This document shows, one piece after another, positions 54,041 to 64,000 of a stretch of 64,000 nt of DNA. The translations under genes and the position numbers were made by a program. The notes under the pieces are model-generated. The model was not told the origin of the DNA. It made no database searches and was given only the letters and a program-made list of their open reading frames with translations. How positions within the stretch are numbered: position 1 is the first letter of the stretch; every line of letters starts with the position of its first letter. Origin of the DNA: Octopus vulgaris (taxonomy: Eukaryota); assembly GCA_951406725.2 (NCBI GenBank), contig OX597827.1:24366001-24430000 (forward strand), written 5' to 3'.

Positions 54041-55277
54041 CTAAACTGGGGGAGAGAAATTTCTCTCCCTAGACCTGACCCTATAATTATAGACTGAAAG
54101 ATCTCTGCCATTCATTGTTCAAAGTGGCTTACTTCCTTTCTTCCTTGTAATTACAGATTTTTATGTTTTTCTAAAATGTTATTATCTAGAACGACAGGAT
54201 TTCTCAGAAGTTACCCGACACTGGCGCTAATTGTTCTTCTCCCTGTCGGCATTAACATAGTTGTTGTTGTTGTTGTTGCTGTCATTGTCATCACAGCAGC
54301 AGCCATTGTTGTCAGTTTTGTTGCCACCACCACAAGATTCCTATCTTTGACAACTCCACTAGGTTGGTCAACACAATATACTTTGACATCTAATACTGAT
54401 TCTAAGCCCCACCCCGCCCCCTGGAATTTTCTTTATTTACTGTTTAGCATTACTCCAGTATGGCCAGAGCCAACTTGGCACAGCCAGCTAATCAGATTAA
54501 AATTTCACATCCTGTTGTCGGGGGGGGGGGGGGTTATTGTGTCACTAGCAACTACATTTAACTTTCAACAGCCCAGTCCACCTAGCTGTAATAGGTACCA
54601 CAGTTTGCAATGGCTCTGTGGGAAAGACATTTAAGATAATATGGTTCTAGATACATCATGCCTGGAAGCAAAAAGTCTAGATGGTCACCATTGGAATACC
54701 CTTGATTATCAATCTGCTTGATCAGGGCTGACTGGGTGCTAAACATCAACAAAAAGCAGGAAACATTAGTCTTTGATTAAACGATGGGATGGTCACTATT
54801 GGAATGTTGTTGATCATAGGATCAGTTGGATTTGCACTGACATGAGATTATTAAACAACAACCACAGCAGCAGCAACAGCCGTCCAAGAATTTGGACCTG
54901 GAGATCTCCATTTCCAGCGACTTCGAGGGCCACCTCCCAGTGGTGTCAGGCGTCATCGAAGAGCCCTCGACTACAACAAGACGACCAAAGTTTTATTTTC
55001 CAAGGTCTGGGGTCTCCCGCCCCTAATCCCTAGACCATCACCTAATCACCCTTACCTGTCTTGTTGCTTAACAACAACAACAACAACAGCAGCAGCAGCA
55101 GCAGCAACACAGCTTCCTCAAATCATACTTGCCATCTTTTGAATAGGAAGGACACACTGAAGTTCCCCCCTCCCTCACCAGAACGATCCTTAGTGAAATG
55201 TTTTTGATCATAGGTTAAGATTGATCAGGGCTGATCTGTGCTTAAATGGCAACAGCAATAACAGCAACAACAACATC

Positions 55278-56110
55278 AGTGGAGGCGTAATGGCCCAGTG
55301 ATTAGGGCAGCGGACTCGTGGTCAGAGGATTGTGGTTTCCATTCCCAGATCGGGCGTTGTGTGTGTTTATTGAGCGAAAACACCTAAAACTCCATGAGGC
55401 TCCGGCAGGGGGTGGTTGTGACCCCTGTTGTACTCTTTTGCCCCAAGTTCCTCTCCCTCTTTCTTCCTGTTTCTTGTCCCCGACTTCCTATGCAACTGCT
55501 GAGCCTGGATGCGCATTCATCCATCCGTTGATGCTCTCGATGTCGGGGGTTGACCTGCTTTCTCTTCTGCGGGTCTTACGAATAGCAAAGGACCACGTTT
55601 CGGACTTCTCCCAAACGCTCAACAAACAAACAAACAAACAGCAACAACATCAGTGGAGGCACAATGGCTCAGTGGTTAGGGCAGCAGACTCGCAGTCGTA
55701 AGAACGCGGTTTCGATTCCCAGACCGGGCATTGTGAGTGTTTATTGAGCAAAAACACCTAACCTCCACAAGGCTCCGGCGGGGATGGTGGTGAATACCGT
55801 TGTACTCTTTCACCACAACTTTCCCCTACTCTTTCTTCCTACTTCTGCCACAATGCAGGGGAACCATGGTGTAACCCACTATGGTGTGGTAAACTTTCAG
55901 ACCCTAGTCTAGATTGCGAATCCCCTGTACCCCAGGATGGTTCAGCTCTCCACCCGTTAAAAGCCACCATTTACGGAATGAGGATAACAACCGCCAGTCT
56001 ATCACGTGTGGTGGGTGGATCTTCAAGTTGCCGCACGCATTCTTAGCAGCTTTGTGTAGGCTGGAATTAGAGATTATTCTTTGTGGCTAATGGCGTGAGT
56101 CTTGATTGGA
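55278..56110 (+). mobile_element. Two tandem tRNA-Arg-like SINEs (family D)
   Basis: gtggaggcgtaatggcccagtg.ttagggcagcggacTCG..ggtttc.attcccaga at 55278 and 55652; relatives at 1-140, 24448-24770, 51120-51285 (minus) and 61778-62025. Confidence 0.8.
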
Positions 56111-56929
56111 AGAAGAAGAAGAAGAAGACAACATCACGAGCAATAAATGGTCATTACTTTTCACAAGTTTCACACCAGCCTGTATTGTTTATCCCTTGAA
56201 GGACGTGTGTGTGTGTGTGTGTGTGTGTATGATGAACTTCTTTCAGTTTCTGCCTAACAATCCATTCACAAGCTTCAAATGCTTTTGTTGGAGTTATCTC
56301 CCTTATTGCTTTTAGATTTTTTAAATACTCAAAGGGGGAGATTTCATCTGCTGATTTGTTTTGGTATGAAGAGTAAGGGCTGAAACCGGACGTGGTTCCT
56401 CCTGATGATGTCTTGAGCTAACTGGATCCTATAAAGGAGCTGTTGTGGTAGCAGACCACGAAACACAGTTGAAATTCCTCCATGGCTTGAAGATTTTCAA
56501 CTTATTTTTTACGTGCGTGAGAGAGCATACTGCATTCGTAATAAGTATACAAAGAGCTACTTTGTGGTGCTTTCTGCATTCTGTATCAAGAAATAAAAAC
56601 TGCTTTCTTTTTAGCCAAATGAACTAATGACTAGTGGTTGGCAGTAGGAAGGGCATCCAGTCAAAGAAACCATGCCAGGCATCAGAGCTTGGTGCAGTTC
56701 TACCATCTGTCAGATCCTATTGAACAGTTTAACCCAAGCCAGTACGGAAGATGGATGTTAAACAATGATGATAATGATAATACGGTTGTATACTGTCAAC
56801 CTAACATGACAGTCCCATAAAGGGAATCACACCACCACTATTTAGCCCTAGGAAGCATCGACACTTCCTGTCGGCTTTGACACATTTCCTGTGTCCTTAT
56901 ATTTGCGAAGGGGAGACAAGGACTCCCAA

Positions 56930-57010
56930 CAGCTAGGCCAGCATCTAGAGACATGCATGTTTCTGAGTCTTTGCTCATCATCAGTCTGGAGTAGCTTGGC
57001 CTGCTAGCTG
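56930..57010 (-). ncRNA. Type I hammerhead ribozyme motif
   Basis: Minus strand: tccaga-CTGATGA-tgag(caaaga)ctca-GAAA-catgcatg-TC-tctaga. Canonical core, palindromic stem III ACATGCATGT, GUC site, extended stem I (cagctag..ggcc / ggcc..ctagctg). Confidence 0.8.
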
Positions 57011-57344
57011 AAGATGCCTGTAAAGCCTTTGCAAATATATATATTTTCAGTGAAGTTTATTCACTGATCACCAAAATTTTGATAATGATAACGATGATGA
57101 GGAATTAGTAGAATGGTAAATATCACACTATCACCCCTCTGTAAATCAGTTTATTTTTGTATTTCGCCTCAAAACTGGTAAATTTTAGCCATTTGAATAA
57201 ACTTGCCTTGTTATGGGAAGATGAGAGCTTAACACGTCAAATAGTAAAACTTTCTCCTGTGAAACTGTTTTAAATTCCTCTTTTTAAAAAGGGAAAAAAT
57301 TTCAAAATGTCTATATTCTTGTCTCAACTATGGTATACCCTTTT

Positions 57345-57525
57345 AACCTTTCAGCATTAAAACTACTCTGTCAAATCTAATGCTTATTTATTCGCATTGT
57401 TTTGAAATTAACATGCATTGTCTTGTAGCTTCAAGATTTCAATGACATGACTGTTTAGTTTTAGAATGACATTGTAGGGTAAGTGTGAGAGGCTGGATCT
57501 GGACAGTTTAAATGTTACAGGGTTA
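57345..57525. mobile_element. piggyBac-type MITE (second family)
   Basis: ttaacctttcagcatt...acagggttaa. Confidence 0.65.
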
Positions 57526-58095
57526 ATCATACAAATAACTTTATTGAATAATTTTCATTGCCACAGATTTTGGCTTTTTTAACTTGCCGCGAGTGGAAAT
57601 TCATAGAAAGCTAATATCTTACTGACAAAGCAATTAACTGTCTGCCTAGCTCCACTCATTTGCATAACAATTAACTTAATTGTTTTGACAAGAGAAAACA
57701 TGCTAAGTTTACTGAAAGAAAAACAAACAAACCCAAAACAAAATATAATCAATTCAGATTGCTTCCCCAAAACAAATTAACTGAGTTGTCAGACGATCAA
57801 GTATATGATGCTTTGCAGTATCTGTTACGGTGGTCTACAACCTCAGTTCAAATCCAGCTGAAGCTAGCTCTGCATTTGGTTATTTTTTGGTATGGATAAA
57901 TAAAGCTTGAACCATTGAGCATTCAAACCGGTCACTGGCCTAAATATTCTCCCTGGTTTTTTAAATTCAAACTGACTGTATCTGACCTCTCACACCTAAC
58001 CTGTAATGTCATTCTGGAAATAAACAGACACATCATCGAAATCTAAAAGCAACGAGAAAATGCACAATGAGAATGACCGAGAATTATATTTGAGA

Positions 58096-58139
<44 letters not shown>

Positions 58140-60051
58140 GTCGTCGTCGTCGTCGTTTAACGTCCGTTTTCTATGCTGGTATGAGTTGGATGGTTCGACC
58201 GGGGTCTGGGAAACCAGAAGGCTGCACCAGGCTCCAGTCTTGATCTGGCAGTGTTTCTACAGCTGGATGCCCTTCCTAATGCCAACCACTCCGTGAGTGT
58301 AGTGGGTGCTTTTTACATGCCACTGACACAGGAGCCAGTTACAGGGCACTGGCATCGACCCCGTTCAGATACTTTTTACGTGCTACCGGCACAGGAGCCA
58401 GTTGGGGTGGGGTGTGTGTGTGTGTGTATGGGGATGTGTGTGTGTGGGGGGTGGTGCTGGCATCGACCATGTTCGGATCAGCCACAACTACAATTCCATT
58501 TGATTGTAGTTTGATTTGATTTTGATTTTACATGACTCAAAGGAAGTGGGGTCCCCTCAAGCATGGAAAGTCGCCCAAGAATGCTAAAGGCTTAATCAGG
58601 TTGGAGGTTTGATTCTGATCTCTCCCTCTCTCTTTCTCTCAGAGTCCGTAATGCTGCTCTATGGGATGGTCATGTAGTCTATCTCAACTATCTTGTTGAC
58701 ACCAGAAGTACACATTCTTAATGAATTTCAAACCACTGACAGCTGACAATCCAGATATGCCAGCCCAGACCTAGCTGTTCCCCCTGCATTCCACTTCATA
58801 AAAGTTGGGTATTTAATCCTTGCTGCACACTATGACTCACCCATGTTGATCACCCAGCATCAATTGTATCCCAATGCCATCAGATCTGCTTGCTCCATGT
58901 AAGCACTGCTACCCCTAATCTGTTAATACTCTGTTGACTGCCAACCAAACAACTGATTCACACGAATACCTCATCCTACCATTGCAGAGCCCAATATAAA
59001 AACCCGATGTTGCTGGATACAGTAGACTGCAGTCAACATCTTGTCTCAGCATATGGGCCTAAGAATAAAGAAAAACAGATGGTGTTGCTTTCACCACATT
59101 ACTGCTATGTAACCTGAGTTGACCAACAGAGGCTTAATACCTGGAAGCCATCTCGGATTTGTCTTAACTCAGTTTTCACCTAACATCTGATGAGGTGGGT
59201 GTGTCCTACACACCCACACAACTTTAAGTCATGTGGAGCTGAGTCAGGGTGTCATTTACAGGGTGTCCTTTTGAGCATTGGGCCTCATGGAAGCAAAATG
59301 GCTGAGCTCCTTTCGAGTGTTGGGCCTCATGGAGGCAATGACCAAGATCTTTGGCATTATGTCATGCTTGAGAAGAAGACCCATCAAGCTGAGAAAAATC
59401 ACATTCATGGTAGATACTGGTGTCATGCAAATGGCACCCATGCAGGTGGCATGTAAAAGCACCCATTACACTCTCGGAGTGGTTGACATTACGAAGCGCA
59501 TTCAGCCATAGAAAACCATGCCAAATCAGACTGGAGTCTGGTGCAGCCTTCCAGCTGGCCAGCCCTGGTCAAACTGTCCAACCCATGCCAGCATGGACAA
59601 CACATGTTAAATGATGATGATGATGATGATACATACATACATACATATGAGAAAGCTAATTTGAAGACTACAGATCCAATCCATCACTGGAACTGTAAAA
59701 ATCTGTAAAACTTTCCAGAAGTTTATCATTTAAATATATATGAGCATGTCTAGATATGCAACTATATGCATAAGAATACATACATTAAACAAAACATACA
59801 AATCTGCACATATACACACATACATACATATACAAACAAAACTATCTCGTTGTTGATATTGAAATTCCAATGAAGGAGCCTTGAATCTAGGTAAGAAACC
59901 GGTTCTTTCTCTATTGGCAAGAAAACTTGAAATAAAACAAAACAATGACATACATACACACATTTATACACACACACACACATCAAAACAGGAGATCGAA
60001 AAATACTTTTGGTATTTTTTCCACCATTACATGTGTTTCATTTGCTAATAG

Positions 60052-60156
60052 GAGTTACAATATTGTACATGTAGGAGAATCATGCAAGATATCTCTCATT
60101 AGAAGTTCTCCAGACAGAGACTCCAATAATCATATAGTATATATATCTATACAGTG
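60052..60156 (+). CDS. Candidate exon of unidentified plus-strand gene
   Basis: tttcatttgctaatag|...GTG|gtaagg; open phase 2 to 2: SYNIVHVGESCKISLIRSSPDRDSNNHIVYISIQ. No homology recognised. Confidence 0.35.
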
Positions 60157-60713
60157 GTAAGGGACTCTCTAAGGAGCTGAACAGCAGAAGGTCTTCAGAG
60201 AAGAAACCCCTCCTCAGGCAAGTGTCTTGGCTCATAACTTTTGATTTTAAAAATTCAGTATTTACCAACTATCTCCTTTTGTATTACTTTATCAGGTTCA
60301 ACTCTTTCGATGTCAAACCAACCTGAGACGGATCCTAATTTTATGATACAGTCTTGTGTTAAAGGGATCTGAATGAAAACAAAACAAAACAAAAGAAACA
60401 AAAAAAAATTCCATCAAAATTTGGATTCCAAACACCAGATTAGATATCTTGCAAACAACTTGCACATGCAAGTGCTACCGGTTAAAAGCTCCGTATATCG
60501 GAAGCTAGCAAGTGTATGGAGTCATCAGGAGAGAATGCGCGCCGTTTCGGGGCCTACCTCTCGACGGCATCAATGCGCACCGGCCCCCCTCACTGATATG
60601 AGGCCCCGCTTGCTAGATCAGCTGGTTATGAAGAACTCAATATACTTCTAGCCATCGCTCATCGTCTCTTTTTAACCAAATCCAGTGGCTAGCCTATTTT
60701 TTACATTATTGCC

Positions 60714-60970
60714 TGGTTAAGAGCGTGGGCTACTAACCCCAAGATTCCGAGTTCAATTACAAGCAATGACCTGAATAATAATAATATTAATAATAATAAT
60801 AACATCAAAAAATACCTTAGGAATGAGAACCCAGGTTCAAAATTTCCCCAAGACACCTGATGAAGGCTGAAAGGTATACCAGCTGAAATGAAACGTGTTA
60901 ACAACAACCAAGATGAGAACAAATATCCATCAAATGTAAATAATTCCTCATCTCTTAAATATAGAGCTAA
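60714..60970 (+). mobile_element. Second copy of tRNA-headed hammerhead-like element
   Basis: tggttaagagcgtgggctactaaccccaagattccgagttcaatt..(AAT)n..ccccaagacacCTGATGAaggctg..gaaacgtgttaacaac; collinear with 40585-40859. Confidence 0.7.
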
Positions 60971-62550
60971 AAGTCACTATTGTTGTCATCATCATCATCA
61001 TCACCATCGTCATCGTCACCATTATCGACATTGTTGTCATCATTGTCACGTGGGTCACATGAAATTATGCCAGAACAGAGAACACAATTGCTATGTACAT
61101 TTCCTGTTACCAATTCACCCCCAGGCACCCCACCCCACTTGTTTTCAAATGAGCTAATTATTATGTGCAGGAATGAAAGCAGATGATTGACACTGCGTGA
61201 ATGAGCCATTTGTTTAGAAGGACAGCATGACATGCTGAGACGTGTCGAGAAACTGGGACGTACTTTCATGCTGGATGGTGAACAAGTAATACCATCGACA
61301 AGGCTACAGTTTACAAACGGTTGAAGGTATGTGTAAACAGGGAAAATGGAAATTCCCTTACACACGCACATGCACATACACAGACACACACACACACACA
61401 CACATAGCGTGTTACTAAAGTAATAGTGATTATCATCAATGTGATTGTGGGTTTGGTTGTAACATGGTGTGTCATCCTCATCATCATCATCGTTCAACAC
61501 CCGCTTTCCATGCTGGTATGGGTTGGACGGTTTGACTGTGAGCTGGCAAGCCAGGATGCCTCACCAGGCTCCAATCTGACCTGGCAAGGTTTTTCTACAG
61601 TTGGATGCCCTTCCTAATGCCAACTATTCTGAGAGTGTAGTGGGTGCTTTCTACATACCACTGGCACAGGAGCCAGTCTGGTGGTTCTGGCATTGGCCAT
61701 GTTCAGATGGTGCTTTTTTACGTGCTACAGGCACAGGAGCCAGTTGGGGCAGGTGGGGAGGGAGTGTTCTGAGATTCGTGGAGGCCTGTGGCTCAGTGGT
61801 TAGGGTGTTGGACTCATGATCGTAAGATTGCAGTTTCAATTCCTGGACTGGGTGATGCATTGTGCTGTTGAACAAAAGACTCCATTTCATGTTGCTCCGG
61901 TCCACTCTTGCTGACAAAAATGAGTGACCCTGTGAAAGACCAATGTCCAGTCCAGGTTGGGGACTTTATACACCACTGAAACTGGGAAACTGGCCCTTAT
62001 GAGCCTGGAATGGCTCAAGAAGGAAACATTTCTTCTTCCTGTTTTCTAGGTTCAATCCCACTGCATGCTAACTCGAGGAAGTGTCTTCTACTATGGCGTT
62101 GGGTTGACTAAAGCATTGTGAATGAATCTGGTAGACAGAAACTTAAAGAAGCCTGTCATGTGTGCCTGTGTTCCTTTGTGTCTATGTTTGTTCCCCCACT
62201 ACTGCTTTACAACCGGCATTGGTGTGTTTACATCCCTGTAGCTTAGCGGTTCAGCAAAAGAAACTGATAGAATAAGTACCAAGCTTAAAAAAATATAAAA
62301 GTACTGGCATTGATTTATTTGACAAAAATTCCTCAAGGCAGTGCCCCAGCATAGCCACAGTCTAATGACTGAAACCAGTAGAAGAGAGGGATAAAAGATA
62401 TATATATATATATATATACTCTTTATCTTTTATTAAACTTTTAATACTTTTGATATTTATATAAAAAAAAAATTAATAAATAAATAAATTAATAAATAAA
62501 TAAAATAATATATAAATATAAAAATATACATACATATATATATATATATA

Positions 62551-63913
62551 TCATCATCATCATCATCATCATCATTATTTAACGTCCGCTTTCCATGCTA
62601 GCATGGGTTGGACGGTTCAACTGGGGTCTGGGGAGCCCGAAAGCTGCACCAGTCCAGTCAGATCTGGCAGTGTTTCTACAGCTGGATGCCCTTCCTAACG
62701 CCAACCACTCCGAGAGTGTAGTGGGTGATTTTATGTGCCACCGACACAGGTGCCAGACGAGGCTGGCAAACGGCCACGCTCGGATGGTGTTTTTTTTTAT
62801 GTGCCACCGACACAGGTGCCAGACGAGGCTGGCAGACGGCCACGCTCGGATGGTGTTTTTATGTGCCACCGACACAGGTGCCAGATGAGGCTGGCAAACG
62901 GCCACGATCGGATGGTGTTTGTTACGTGCCCACAGCACGGAGGCCAGTCGATGCGGTACTGGCTACGGCCACGTTCGGATGGTTTTCTTGTGTGCCACGT
63001 GCCACCGGCACTGGTACCACAAAGATACAAATTCCATTGATGTTCATCTATTTTGATTTGTTTTGATTTTCACTTGCCTCAACAGGTCTTCACAAGTGTC
63101 ACAAGAAGGAAGGTATGCACAGGTGGACTGACTACGTCCCAGGTAGGGGCCACAGGTTATGGCCTGACTAGTCTTGCCGGGTCTTCGGATGGTGTTTTTA
63201 TGTGCCACCGACACAGGTGCCAGATGAGGCTGGCGAACGGCCACGATCGGATGGTGTTTGTTACGTGCCCACAGCACGGAGGCCAGTCGGTGCGGTACTG
63301 GCTACGGCCACGTTCGGATGGTTTTCTTGTGTGCCACCGGCACTGGTACCACAAAGATACAATTCCATTAATGTTCATCTATTTTGATTTGATTTGATTT
63401 TCACTTGCCTCAACAGGTCTTCACAAGTGTCACAAGAAGGAAGGTATGCACAGGTGGACTGACTAGTCTTGCCGAGTCTTCGGAAGGTGTTTTTATGTGC
63501 CACCGACACAGGTGCCAGATGAGGCTGGCGAACGGCCATGATCGGATGGTGTTTGTTACGTGCCCACAGCACGGAGGCCGGTCGATGCGGAACTGGCTAC
63601 GGCCACGTTCGGATGGTTCTCTTGTGTGCCACCGGCACTGGTACCACAAAGATACAGATTCCATTGATGTTCATCTATTTTGATTTGTTTTGATTTTGAT
63701 TTTGATTTTCACTTGCCTCAACAGGTCTTCACAAGTGTCTCATGAAGGAAGGTATGCACAGGTGGACTGACTACGTCCCACGTAGGGGCCATGGGTTATG
63801 GCCTGACTAGTCTTGCCGGGTCTTCGGATGGTGTTTTTATGTGCCACCGACACAGGTGCTAGATGAGGCTGGCGAACGGCCACGATCGGATGGTGTTTGT
63901 CATGCGCCCACAG

Positions 63914-63916
<3 letters not shown>
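62551..63916 (-). repeat. SINE family B copy extended into a tandem array of ~295-345-bp units
   Basis: Units start atgtgccaccgacacaggtgccagatgaggctggc at about 62861, 63200, 63496 and 63839; ~65-bp subrepeats at 62733-62860. Confidence 0.85.
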
Positions 63917-63958
<42 letters not shown>

Positions 63959-64000
63959 ATATATATATTTAAAATTTATAAGTTTAAATTATTTAAATAA

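Noticed and set aside
54870-55025. Short coding-like frame QQQPSKNLDLEISISSDFEGHLPVV
   Set aside because: No splice acceptor, start or recognisable homology; likely a retroelement scrap.
55278-55730. tRNA-Arg genes
   Set aside because: Degenerate acceptor and T arms run into SINE bodies; these are SINE heads.
54149-57600. Possible plus-strand terminal exons at 54149 and 57567 (also 23738 and 26583)
   Set aside because: Short, no homology, and such AG-bounded frames arise by chance in AT-rich introns.
60520-60625. GC-rich ggggcct/aggcccc hairpin with GAAAC and CTGATGA on the minus strand
   Set aside because: The elements cannot be arranged into a valid three-stem hammerhead.
61214-61307. 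Minus-strand QHVMLSF as the missing TIR exon
   Set aside because: Immediately followed by TAA.
62733-63916. CRISPR-like array, or hammerhead in CAGATGAggctggcGAAC
   Set aside because: Intervening sequences are repeated rather than unique, there are no cas genes, the context is eukaryotic, and the core is non-canonical with no stems.

Overview
This is AT-rich, repeat-dominated animal genomic DNA. The tRNA-headed SINEs with internal (TA)n, the (GAT)n-tailed SINEs and the microsatellite load suggest an octopus/coleoid cephalopod (inference). Almost all ORFs in the supplied track are artefacts of repeats. The main gene is a minus-strand spliced gene that the ORF track misses. Five phase-compatible GT-AG exons (29104-28963, 27723-27520, 25012-24826, 20714-20648, 13293-13195) encode the C-terminal 232 aa of a TIR_2-type (SARM1/prokaryote-like) TIR plus SAM-like protein, which keeps the putative NADase glutamate (CRTEAEY). 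Its 5' exons were not found in the window. The window also holds several type I hammerhead-ribozyme motifs with palindromic stem III, as in Penelope-like elements. One of these repeat families carries a tRNA-derived Pol III head. Other elements include a DD36E Tc1 derivative, mariner/pogo/hAT/piggyBac derivatives, two Helitrons, Tx1, CR1, RTE and R4/Dong LINE remnants, a near-identical ~1.4 kb duplication at a 1692-bp offset, and a 3.6 kb purine satellite with an internal inversion. A speculative set of plus-strand exon-like segments is also noted. Everything was read by eye, and repeat boundaries are approximate.
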